From Basidiobolus meristosporus CBS 931.73 (taxonomy: Eukaryota > Fungi > Basidiobolomycota), in contig MCFE01000065.1 in the NCBI GenBank assembly GCA_002104905.1, positions 1 through 64,000 of the forward strand: 64,000 bases of DNA. The letters run 5' to 3'. Position 1 is the stretch's first letter; every line of letters begins with the position of its first letter. Position numbers and translations under genes: made by a program. The notes beneath the pieces were generated by a model that worked only from the letters and a program-made list of their open reading frames with translations, was not told where the DNA came from and searched no databases. Below are positions 39,690 to 51,657 of the stretch, one piece after another.

Positions 39690-40575
39690 TTATTCTTCAT
39701 AATGCTCCAGACACATTTCTCTCAGTGGATGTCTTCTTGTATGAACATACTGAGCATTAATAAGTATCTTAACTATTTTACCTATTCTGCTGTTTTCTCC
39801 TATATATGACTTTCCTCTGTATTTACCTGCCAATATGCTGAATCTCTTCAGATATCCAAATATGTGCTCTACCCTCACTCTGAAAATGATTAAATATCTC
39901 ATTGTAGAGCTTCTGCTTCCTGCTAAGCACACCATTCCTTGGCTTCCTATAAGCTGTAATACATCCTAATCTCTGACAATCCTCTCCTATATAGGCTAAG
40001 TCTGCCATACATTTCTCCCCTCTACTGAATTCAGGATGATTCTCTACCCAGAGTGCTTTGTCATGCCTACTTCCAGCAAATGGCACACTAAACCAGATGA
40101 TGTTACCCTCAATGTCAGACAATGCTTGAAACTTCACACAGTGTGCCTTGTACTTGCCAGAATGAAAGTGCCTCTGCCTTCTAGAAGGTCTGTTAATCCT
40201 CACTGGGAAGGTATCCAAAATACTCCTGATATGGAACCTGTTGTTGAACACCCTGGGATATGGAAGTCTATTGGATCTTCTGAACCTAGTATTCCAAGCT
40301 TGCTCTAAGTCATTCATACCCTCTGCAAGGTGGTTCTCCATTGCTGTCAGCTGGGAATGAAAGCTTCTAGGACTTTTGTTGCCATGAATGGTGGGATGAA
40401 ACCTTGTAAGGCAATAGTTCTTGTAATAGCAGAGAAGCTTAACAAGGGATCTCCTTGAGTAGATTGGGGTTGATGGTCCACAGTACTTGGTATAGATCTC
40501 CTCTAGTGTGTCAAAAAGAAATCCAGTGGTAGTGATGGGATTGATGAGAAAAGACCATTCATGTGAGTAAGTCAT
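39690..40575 (-). pseudogene. DDE_Tnp_4 (HARBI1-like) transposase, ~295 aa, with a single +1 frameshift near 39883
   Basis: ILDTFP, SGKYKAHCVKFQALSDIEG.I.WFS..FAGS.HD, MADLAYIG, YNEIFNHF/RVRVEHIFGYLKRFSIL: complete D-D-E triad across ORFs 39823-40575 and 39690-39935. Confidence 0.88.
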
Positions 40576-40934
40576 ATTAAAATTGATGTATGATTGTATG
40601 AAGGCGGTTTAAATTGATTCGGCGCAATCTGCATTATTTATCTGATTATTAATACATCATGGTTAAATCTCCATCAATTACCATGTATCCCATCATTATG
40701 TCGCAAAAATCATCCGCAAACAATGCCTTGGTACTTTTATTGATGCTTTAATCATAGGTCTATACTCAAATAGGGAATCTGCAATTGATGTGATCTGATC
40801 CGTGTCAACGCAATCCAAGATGCATCATGCATAATATATCAAAGATTTAACAATCACATTAGTTTTCATATATATTTCATATAAGACCAGGTTGATGCCA
40901 ATATACTGCTGTATAAGTATCCAAATCCTTTGCT

Positions 40935-42182
40935 ATGGTCCCCATACCAAGCCTCAACTCATCTTTAGTACAACCCAGACAAAACCCATCCCCCAGCTTA
41001 CAGGCGTGGTCTGGACCAGAGAAGTCAATGTTGGATCCGTTTGAGTTCTTGCCAAATGATTTTAGTATGGCCCAAGTGTCTATGATGAGCCTTCATACAG
41101 ATATTTGGGCACTACTGATTAATCTAGCAGAACTAGATACCTCAGAGAGTCAACAAAGATGGAAGAATTTGAGTAGAAAGCTGTGGCATGAGTTCTACAT
41201 CAAGATGCCAGCCAATGTATGTAAAAAGATATATAACAAGACAAGTATTGAAATCAAGAATGAGCTGAGAGTGAGGGGATTTGACGAAGAAGCCGCGCGG
41301 GAGTGATTTTGCGCGCAATTTGCACAGTACAGGCCGGACGCGTCCGTTTGTGCCTCAACTTTGGGAACCAAAGAGATTTTGAATGAGTTTTTGCCTCAAA
41401 TGACTAATGTACTACGTGATATATGAGTAGAGCTAAGTGGCTTCTGAGAGCAATATACACAGGACTCATCCAGGCAACAGCTCCAAAGTATCAGACAGAG
41501 GGTAAGTGAATACCTTGAGGAATCAGATGGTGAGCTTCAGGAGGAAGAATACAGACCGCAAGCAACATCATCCAGATCGCGCCAGCACGCCTCGCTGGAT
41601 TCCCTACCTTCTCTTACAACCACAGCGCGCCGGCGCACGTCAGTCCAGAGTACGCCAACACCCTTTACCGGAACGCCCCGCCTCAAGTCAACGCGCGTCG
41701 GGTCAACGCGCGCGCTTCAGAGCAAAACTACGAGAACTTGCCAAACTGCTCATTTAGACACAAGTCCATTGGAGTGGACCAAGTCACGTCAACTTGCAGC
41801 ATCACATCAAACTCAGCCAAGGGCCATCTCAACGCGTCAAGGCGCGCCTGCGCGTGCCGTTTTGCCTGACCATCAGCAAGTTACTTCTGGTGAACTGACT
41901 GATGATGACCAACATGAAGTGCCTCAGCCACCGGAGCCCTTGGCAAGTAAAAAAACGCGTCAGCGCGTGGCACTGCAGGCCGGTTCAGTTGGTTCAGTTG
42001 GAGCAATTCAGCGCGGCCAAGCTGCAGCATTGCACTCATCAACTAGGAGGCAAAATACTGACTACAAATACACAAGTAGCCAAGATGATAGTCAGCCAGG
42101 AAGTAGTATAGGTGTGCAAAGTGAGTCACTACCAAATGCTTCAGTAGTAGTCCCTGTGAGAAAAAAACCCAGGAGAAGATGA
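40935..42182 (+). pseudogene. ORF2 partner protein (~415 codons): Myb/SANT-like N-terminal motif, low-complexity tail and C-terminal RKKPRRR; three in-frame TGA stops
   Basis: ORFs 40935-41306 and 41769-42182 are in the same frame. RWKNLSRKL...KMPANVCKKIYNK resembles trihelix/Myb helices. The domain call is by motif resemblance only. Confidence 0.7.
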
Positions 42183-43168
42183 TGCAATTGCTTTGAATCA
42201 CTCACATTTGTAATGATCCCAACAACCCTTTTTTTTTGCGATCAGAATCGAGCTGTTGCAAATCAGTGATCATCAAATTTTTGATATAAGTAATATCAAG
42301 GTCGTCTCACATTTGAGACAGAACCCCTATAAATAAACACCCTGCATATATATACGTCATCTGTAATACCAGTGCAGCTATTGGATCTGTTTTGCACCTA
42401 CACAATTGCTCGCGTGCTGGCTATGACACCTTGTCCAATTGCTAGGATCAGGGATTTACTTGCTCAATGAGCAAAGTGGGATATTTGATGGCGAATCAGG
42501 TAGCTTTTTTAGTAGTCAATGAGCCAATTGGGGGCTGCCAGCTTCAGGATACTTTTGGACCAATTAACCACTGAGATACCGTCCAATTGGAGTGAGGGTA
42601 ACCAAAATGGTAAGTATTAGTGTAGTTTATAGTGTGATACACATTTATTTCTATTTGCATTAAAGAAACATATCCAAATACCGGATTTTACCTGCCATAA
42701 TAGCAGTATCCAATCGCGCACGTGATGCAAACATTACAAGTTGGCGCGATCATCTGTTCCAACCTCATCGTGTCAGATTGTGCCATAGTGTGCAAGATCG
42801 TCCCGCATAGTGCGAAATTGTCCAAGAACAATCCTTCCTTCTGGTAGCTATAATATTGCGCCCAATTGTTCTTTGCATCCACGGATTGCGCCGCACACCC
42901 TGGCACGGTACAATGGAACAAGTCTATTAATCTAGTGGAACTAGATACCTCAGAGAGTTGCCAAAGACGGAAGAATTTGAGTAGAAAGCTGTGGCACAAG
43001 TTCTACATCTAGATGCCAGCCAATGTATGCAAAAAGATATATAACAAAACAAATATTGAAATCAAGAATGAGCTGAGAGTGAGGGGATTTGACAAAGAAG
43101 CCACGTGGGAACAATTTTGCGCGTAATTTGCACAGTACGGGCCGGACCCATCCATTTGTGCCTCAACT

Positions 43169-43975
43169 TTGGGAACCAAAGAGATTTTGAATGAGTTTTT
43201 GCCTCAAATGACTAATGTACTACGTGATATATTAGTAGAGCTAAGTGGCTTCCAAGAGCAATATACACAGGACTCATCCAGGCAACAGCTCCAAAGTATC
43301 AGACAGCGGGTAAGTGAATACCTTGGCGATTCCAATTGTGAGCTTCAGGAGGAAGAATACAGACCGCAAGCAACATTGTCCGGATCGCACCAGCACGCCT
43401 TGCTGGATTCCCTACCATCTCTTGCAACCACAGCGCGCCAGCACACGTCAGTCCAGACCACAGCAACACCCTTTACCAGAACGCCCTGCGTCAAGTCAAC
43501 ACGCGCGCTTCAGAGTAAAACTACAAGAACTTGCCAAACTGCTCATTTAGACACAAGTCCATTGGAGCGGACCAAGTTGCGTCAACATGCGGCATCACAT
43601 CAAACTCAGCCAAGGGCCATCTCAACGCGTCAAAGCACACCTGCGCGTGCCGTTTTGCCTGACCATCAGCAAGTTACTTCTGGTGAACTGACTGATGATG
43701 ACCAACATGAAGTGCCTCAACCACCGGAGCCCTTGGCAAGTAAAAGAACGCGTCAGCGCGTGGCACTACAGGCCGGTTCAGTTGGTTCAGTTGGAGCAAT
43801 TCAGCACGGCCAAGCTGCAGCATTGCACTCATCAACTAGGAGGCAAAATACTGACTATAGATATATAAGTAGCCAAGATGATAGTCAGCCAGGAAGTAGT
43901 ATAGGTATGCAAAGTGAGTCACTACCAAATGCTTCAGTAGTAATCCCTGTGAGAAAAAAACCCAGGAGAAGATGA
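43169..43975 (+). pseudogene. Duplicated, 5'-truncated ORF2 (268-codon open stretch)
   Basis: Near-identical translation to 41361-42182. The duplicate lacks the first ~62 codons. Confidence 0.75.
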
Positions 43976-44719
43976 TGCGATTGCTTTGAATTGCTCACAT
44001 TTGTAATGATCCCAACAACCCTTTTTTTTGCGATCCAAATCAAGCCATCGCAAATCAGTGATCATCAAATTTTTGATATAAGTAATATCAAGGTCATCTC
44101 ACATTTGAGACAGAACCCCTATAAATAAACACCCTGCATATATATACGTCATCTGTAATACCAGTGCAGCTATTGGATCTGTTTTGCACCTACCTGATTG
44201 CCTGCGTGCTAGCTATAACACCTTGTCCAATCACTAGGATCAAGGATTTACTTGCTCAATGGGCAAGATGTGATATTTGATGGCAAATCAGGTAGCTTTT
44301 TCAGTAGTTAATGAGCCAATTGGGGGCTGCTAGCTTCAGGAACTTCTGGACCAATTAACTACTGAGATACAGTCCAATTGGAACAATGGTAACCAAAATG
44401 GTAAGTATCAGTGTTATTTATAGTGTGATACACATTTATTTCCATTTACATTAAAGAAACATATCCAAATACCAGATTTTACCTGCCATTATAGCGGTAT
44501 CCAATTGCACATGTGATGCAAACATTACAAGTTGGCACAATCATCTGTGCCAACCTCATTGTGTCAGATTGTGCCATAGTGTGCAAGATTGTCCTGCATG
44601 GTGTGAAATTGTCCAAGAACAATCCTGCCTTCTGGTAGCTATAATATCACACCCAATTGTTCTTTACAACCGCAGATTGCGCCACGCGCCCTGGCCCAGT
44701 ACAATGGAACAAGTCTATT

Positions 44720-45801
44720 GGGTAAAAATTTCTATTTGCTTTGTAAAGTGTTGAGATGCTCCATAGTCAATAAACCACATCTGAGAATTCTTGTTTGTGG
44801 TCATATTTAGTACAGATATGAGTAGTGTATCTTTTGTTGTTGCAGCATTTCCATATTTGGGCTTTTATCTGCTGGCTATCTCTCTTTCTGAAGCACTGGC
44901 TGGATGTGTGTTCTTTCCTTTTGCAGTAGTTACAAAACAGGTTGCTTTTGCCTTGAAAAGGTCTTGGGTATCTTCTTTGTTGGTTATCATTGCTTATTAA
45001 AATATGCTTTTATTCCTTCTTACTGGCACTCAATTTTCTTAGTTTTTGATCCAGGAGCCTTCCATATTCATAATGTAAGGTCAAGTCTCAGTTCTGAACT
45101 CTAGGGCTTATACAAGGCCTTGAAACCTGTTTGGTAGGTGTCTTCTAAAGCATTCCAGGCATTCTTGGCTGTTTCTGCTCTTGAGCATTGAATTAGCAAT
45201 TTGTCCTTGACATTGAGGCAAGTGCAGCTAAAGGCAGCTTGTTCTTTTTTCTGTTACTTTGCAAATCCACTCCCATATTTCTAGGTAGGCATTCTTATCT
45301 CACAACAATATCCCAAAGGCCTCTTTCTGGTAGCAGCATCTTCAACTTCCCCTTCCACACCTGGTGTTAGATCCATCAAACCTTTCAGCCAAGGGAAAAA
45401 TCCCAGTAATAACACTAGCGGACACTGCAGAGAGTGAGAGCTTGGGGCTCATAACCTGCTCTAAGAGTCTAGGAGATGTTGGAAGTGATTGGGAGTTCAA
45501 GTAGATTATGTGGTTTTATTTGCTGATTTATTGAATGTAAAAGTAGTAGTTATACTGCTATATTGTCTTGGCTTGATAAGCATTTAGAATAGGCTTAGGA
45601 AGGTTCCAAGAACATTTTTGCAAAGTTTTGGGATGTTTGAACTACTTTAAGAATTTTCATGTACTGGGTACCTGACATTGTGGTGATATTCCAAGTAAAC
45701 TCCAACAAGGATTTTGGTCAGTATTCTCTAGTATTTGGAGATAGTGCTCTTAGCAACTAAGTTAGGTGAATATTTAGGTGGAATTACAGATTTTTGCAAT
45801 A
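44720..45801 (-). mobile_element. Copia gag half with 5' LTR (45457-45801) and PBS
   Basis: Reverse-complement match to 34926-36190. gggctcataacc at 45445-45456. QMWFIDYGASQHF protease motif. Confidence 0.85.
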
Positions 45802-46480
45802 GAAACTGTTGGGAAATCAGGCAAAAATTGAGCAAAAAAGTGAGAAATGCATATTTTTGGGCTACTGCAATGAGAGTAAGGCATAAAGACTCTACAATAC
45901 TGAAGCAAAGAAGCTGATGAAGTCCAGGGATATATTGCTTGATGAAACTTCAAAATTCTCACAAAAATGACATCAGATGACAACAAAAATCTGATCTCAT
46001 GTTCACCAATTGTCAGGATTAATACATGGTGAAACAGTGATAATTTTTTCACTTATGAGGACTCTACAACTATTGTTCAGCCTGAATCAGTACCTAGGAA
46101 TATCCCAGAAGTGATCATGCTAGTATCACAAACCAGGAGGTCCAACCAGACCAGATATAGCAATTCACTATATCAACAAGGGTACATACTTAACCTATGC
46201 CTATTCAGTTAATGGTGAGGAGCCCCAGACTGTAAAAGGGGCCCCAAGTAGCCCTCAGTCAAAGTTATAGAGATCTGCAATGTCTGAGGAGTATCAGGGC
46301 CCTGATGGAAAATCAAACTTGGGACTTGATCAGACTATCAATCAGCCAGAAATCAATTGGATGCAGATGGGTCCTCAAGACAAAGTATTTGGCTGATGGT
46401 ATGTTTAAAGATACAAAGCAACACTGGTGGCCAAAACATACCCTTAAACAAAAGTACTTGACTATGTTGAGACCTTTGCA
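45802..46480 (+). mobile_element. Copia fragment (integrase tail to RT start)
   Basis: Matches 37760-38430 (ENQTWDL...KSIGCRWVLKTK). Confidence 0.8.
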
Positions 46481-46599
46481 CCAGTAGCCAACACAATCAA
46501 GTTTTTAACTCTATTTGGCAGTAAACTCAACCAAAAGCTGTCACAATCCTGTCATAAGATTGTGTAGAGGTACCAAGTTATTTTTCAAAGGGATAATGT

Positions 46600-48150
46600 A
46601 GTGCGCCTTGTATTTGCCTAAATGAAAGTGCCTTTGCCCTCTAAACAGTCTGTTAATACTCACTGTGAAGGTACTGAAAGTACTCCTGGTATGACACTAG
46701 TTGTTGAACATTATAGGATTCAGAAATCTATTGGAGCAGCTGGACCTTTTTTACAAGCTTGCACCAAGTCATGCATACCCTGTGCAAGGTGACTCTGCAT
46801 TGCTGTCAGCTGGGAATGGAAGCTTCTAGGACTTTTGTTGCTATGAATGGTGAGATGAAACCTTGTAGGGCACAAATTTTGTACTATCAGGGAAGCTTAA
46901 CAAGGTTTCTCCTTGAGTAGATTGGGCTAGATGGTCCATAGTACTTGATACAGATCTCTTCTAAAGTGTAACAAAAAATCCAGGGGTAGTGATGAGATGC
47001 ATGTGAAAAGGCTGCTCAGATAAGTAAGCCCTATTAAGATAGGTAAGGGGCTAAGTAAGAATGAGTTGAGTCAATTTGGCATATACAGCCTGATTTATCT
47101 GAATCTTCATACATTATTAGCAAATCTCCATCAATTGCCATGTATCTCATCAGTATATTGCAAAATATATCCTTAAACAATGACTTGGTGACTCTGGTAT
47201 GGCTGAAGTGTTCATGAAGAGCCTTCTATTGTGCATCAACATTTAAAACTTGGCCAATTTCACTCCATTAGAAAATCTAGTACCCTCACTGATTATCCCT
47301 AACCCAAACATAACTAATCCCTGTTATGGTTTATCTTATCACTTCTCAGAGTCTATTTTTAGCTGTCACACCTGATCAATTTTCATGTGGTCATTACATA
47401 CTCAACTGATCTGCTAAGCCTTTCCAAGTGATTAGTCATCTGAGATTTATCCAACCACTTAGCAGTTGCCAAGACATCAGCTGATTAATGATGCAATTTT
47501 TCATTTATCTTATGCACCTATCAACACCCCAACAGATTTCAATTAGTCCAGTCTCTTGATGCTTACTAATGCAACTCAATCAGAAAAGTATAAATAGAGT
47601 TTACTGAACCTTTTGGTTTAGTGTATGTCTCAACAAAATTAAGAATTCAATAAATCCATTCTAGTTTCTACCCAAGCTTAGCATATCTAGCACTCTCAAG
47701 AACACCAAGCCTAGCCTGCATAGCAAACCTACTCTGTTGCCTTTATAGCCCATCTCAGCTGTATATAAAACCAATATTAGACCAGAACCTCTCTGCTAAT
47801 ATATCTGGCACTCTTGACAATTCTAAGATTCTGCACTTAGTTGTTACTTAGTTTCAGTTAACTCATTCAAGAGTTTTATTACACTTTTCTCTTGGATACA
47901 ACACCTTCATTCAGGTATTTGGGCACTATGCACTAGTCCAGTAGAGTGGGATACCATGGAGAGTGTACAGAAATGAAAAATTGGAGTAGAAAGCTGTGGT
48001 ATAAGCTCAACATCATGACACCAGCAGATGTATGTAAGAAGATCTATAATAATACAAGTACTGCAATCAAGAGTGAGCTGAGAGTGAGGAGATTTGATGA
48101 GAAGGCTGAATGCAAACAATTCCATGCTCAATTTGCTCAGTACAGACTGG
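46600..48150. mobile_element. Fragments of the PIF/Harbinger-like family (transposase ~46600-47180 on -, ORF2 ~47930-48150 on +)
   Basis: gctgtcagctgggaatggaagcttctaggacttttgttg matches ~40345. EMKNWSRKLWYKLNIMTPADVCKKIYN matches ORF2. Confidence 0.7.
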
Positions 48151-48154
48151 ACAG

Positions 48155-48740
48155 GTAAGATATTGGATGCAATTTGGAGAACATGTGGAATACTTTTACA
48201 TGATCCTAACACTAATGTGCATAAAATTTGTTTGGCAAGGTCCCAAGAACATCTGTACAAAGTTTGAAGCTGTTTGAAAAGCTCAGAATTTTTGTGTTCT
48301 GTGTACCTGCTGTTTCAGTCAAACTATTTTCAGTAAATCTGAAATGTGTTTAGGAAGGTCAAAAAAACATGTATACATAGTTTGAGGCTGCTTTGACAAT
48401 TCTGAGAAATTTCATGTTCTGCCAATCTGATGTTTTGGTGGAACTATTCTAAGTAAACACTTTAAAGGAATTTGGCCAATATTCTCTAAGACTTGCAGGT
48501 ATTGATTTAGATGAATAAGTTTGGTGAGCATTCAGGTGGAATTACAAGTTTCTACAACTCAAACAGCCCCAATTTCTGCATGCATGTTCTTGAGACCCAC
48601 CTAGACATATTCTTTGTGTTTGTTGTGCCATGACCATAAGAAGATATCAGAACATCTCTTATATTTAATAAATATTATATGAAAAACATTATCAACTCAT
48701 TCTTCCAATCACTTCTAATACCTTCAAACTCTTACAACAA
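48155..48740. repeat. Copia-family LTR fragments in both orientations
   Basis: Partial matches to 34926-35273 and an inverted match to 49070-49290. Confidence 0.6.
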
Positions 48741-48958
48741 TTTCTCGTATGAAATATCTGTAAGCCAGTGTATGTTGAAGGTGTCACTGTTATAGTTTAT
48801 GATTGGAGTAGGCACTAGTATAGGAAATAAGGACTTGTGTAAGTTGGTACAACAAAGATTATACTGCAAAGAAGTCTTAGTGGATGTACACCATTGGTAT
48901 GCAGCAGAAGTGAGAGCAAATGAAGAGTGTGTAAGCAAGTAATATTGGAGGTTGACAG

Positions 48959-49302
48959 TGTTGCAAATTTTGTAATTACACATAGGTATTCACCAAACCT
49001 ATTGACTTAGATCATGGCCTACAGATCTTTGATAGTTCTGACCAAATTCCCTGCTGGTGCTTACTTGAAAATTTCATGTTTTAGGTACCTGATTTTACAG
49101 TGAAAATTTCTGAGTTGTCCAAACAGCTTCAAACTTTGTACAGATGTTCTTGGGACCTTGCTAAACATATTTTATCTGCTTTTATGTCAAGATCATGTAA
49201 GAGTATATATACTACTTTCTCATTCAATAAATCATTGAGTGAAAACTACATAATCCACATGTTCTCCCAATCACATCCAATATCCTCAAAACTCTTAAAA
49301 CA
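48959..49302 (+). repeat. Copia solo LTR, 344 bp
   Basis: TG...CA termini, perfect 5-bp TSD GACAG on both sides, homologous to 34926-35273. Confidence 0.88.
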
Positions 49303-50143
49303 GACAGAAGTTAATTGACACCCACAAAGTTCAGGAGCACATTTTGAATCAAGCTTCAGGAAGAGACAAAAAAAGGAGAAAAGCAACTGATAAAAGTGTC
49401 AAGTGTGTTTGGTTGCAGTACCTTGACTTGGTTTTTTCAAATACTTAGGGAATAATTGTTTTCTGGTTGAATCTTGATGGCATCATCACCTCCTTGCCAT
49501 GGGATCAGAACTCTATGGTGGTCTTCTGACTGGACCACCTTAGATACTTGTTAAGGTGCAGTGCTGTATTTCTTATTATCAGTTTGTTATATCAGGGTTA
49601 CATGCAGGTCTATTTTATCCTTATCTTGCACTCTATAACACCCTATAGAACTATGTGGAACTCTACAGCAAATTAATGACAGCATATGATACGGCCCCCC
49701 AGTCTAACATTTTAATTGAAGCATAAAAACTGGTGGTTAAGATGGGGTTTCTGGGGCTCCACTCCTACTGATTCCCGCAAAACTGGATTTGAGGTAGGCT
49801 AGTCCGGTATTTATTTAGACCCAAGTTACACTAGAATCAAATGACCAGTTGATATAAGTTGTCCGCCGATCATTGATATTGATGAGATCCATAGATTGTT
49901 CAGCAAACGATAGCCGTTTTATTTTGTATTTCGGATTCTCTTTTGAACTGGCTTGGGCTGCTACCAAGGGTGCTGGCTACCTGAGCATTAGACTGGTTCA
50001 ACTATACATTGGGTAAGCTGTTACCACGATGGCCATGGTCCATCGCGTTCGCATAATAAAACAATGGACGAAATGATACATGGAATAACAGGAATGGGGC
50101 AATAAAGGTACGGTTCAAATAAGATTCGTGAACTTCAAGTGGA

Positions 50144-51657
50144 TCATGCGCGTAGACGAAGGGAGCGTGCAGGTGTGCCGCTTCTAGTTTTAGCAACCCT
50201 GGTGCGAGGCGTCTTGGGTGTCATCGTTTCGACTTGCTCGGCCTCTTCTTCAACAGCACGCAACCCTTCTTCGTAAACTTGAACTAAAAGCTCATTGTCT
50301 CGAATCCCCTTAACAACATCCTCCTCCTGGACATTCAATGATACCTTCTTGAGTAGTTCGTCTTTGCCCTTGCCAAGAATAATTAGTCCAGTCGATTCGA
50401 CCATGTTGGTCAAATCGAAGAATTCAGACCGGGTGACCGGAGTGAAGTATTTGTTGATATGACAGAGAGATATGTAGCGATCGTAGAGCTAGAAATGGAG
50501 TTAGTGTGCGGAAACTACGGTGTAGGAAATCGACTTTATGTACCGTCCCCAATGTCATCTCAGCCGCCTTGCTTTTACTAAGCAGCACATTGGCAAGTAA
50601 TACCAACTTCTGCTGCAGATTCAGGTCTTGAATTTTCTTCATAGACGATGATCCCAGCATGGAGTTCACCACTTTCATCACATGCTTGATAGTCACTTTG
50701 GGTGCACTTGCCAATGTGCTAGGCTCATCCTCTTCGCTGCTCTTCTTCCGCTCTAGCTCGACCATTTCAATAGCCTGTCTACAGACGTCCAACGCCTTTC
50801 TAAGATCACCAGTGCCTGCTGCAACTTTGCGGGCACAGAGCTCAATTGCGGACACCTGCATGATAGGAACTGGTGGCTTCTTTCCCAAACTGTTCAGCTC
50901 GTTCAGCTCGTCTTCGCTGTAGAGCGACAGTAGTCTGTTCTTGATGATGTCGATAATCTGCGGTACTTGATATGGATTGAAATTCAGGATCTGGGGCTCG
51001 CCTAGGTAAAATGATCAGATGTGGGAAGATGAGTAGATGACCGTCATATTCGAAACTTACAGTTTTTGGCTCGCAATCTGGGTAAAAATCTATCGGTCAA
51101 GTCCAATGCGTTGGCAATTCCGATAAGGGTTAGATGAGCCTCAGGCAGCGTTGGCCATTCGAAAAGCTTGTATAAGACATCTTGGTCTTTGGTGATCAAG
51201 TGGTCAATCTCGTCTAAGATAACAACGCTGGTCGAGAATTAGCCAGATAAATGGGCGGTTGACGCTAAACAAGCCATACTTACAACATGGTGGGCCCTTG
51301 AAGAAAAAGCTTCTCCAGAGATTTCAAAGCATCCTTGGAGGTTGCTTTACCTGCACCGACCTCGCCAAGTAGTCGGGTGTAAATGGCCTTGGGATCGTTG
51401 ACGCTCATACAATTAATCTTGATGATTTCCACCTTGTGTTCAACTTCTTCGGGGTCGAATTCCTCGCAAAGCTGGCTTAGAAGAGCGGTCTTTCCGGTGC
51501 CCGGGCTACCAGATATATAGAGGCATCCAGGCTTGTTGCCGGTAATGTGTTCGTCCCAGAAGTGGAGCAACACCTCCCGCTCCTCCTCTCTACCCACGAG
51601 TTGGCCGGGTTTAGTTGAGCGACGAAACAGAGATTTAGCTTCTTGGTAAATAGACAT
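50144..51657 (-). CDS. CDC6: Cell division control protein 6 (AAA+ ATPase); exons 51657-51284, 51227-51061, 51001-50544, 50488-50144; 447 aa
   Basis: YISGSPGTGKT (Walker A), VILDEIDHL (Walker B), IGIANALDLTDRFLPRL, ELCARKVAAGTGDLRKALDVCR and a winged-helix tail. Three GT-AG introns give an exact in-frame join of 1344 nt. Confidence 0.93.

Larger units (their letters stand above)
39527..44716. mobile_element. Near-intact two-gene PIF/Harbinger-superfamily (Pangu-like) DNA transposon with a tandem duplication of its right part
   Basis: Left TIR agacttgttccgttg. Right TIR caatggaacaagtct at both 42911-42925 and 44702-44716. ATT flanks all three ends. Divergent DDE transposase (-) and Myb/SANT-like ORF2 (+). 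Confidence 0.88.

Noticed and set aside
1-49700. Repeat-induced point mutation (RIP)
   Set aside because: CpG loss is evident, but I cannot separate RIP-type context bias from ordinary 5mC deamination without alignments. The intact multi-copy Gypsy argues against strong RIP.
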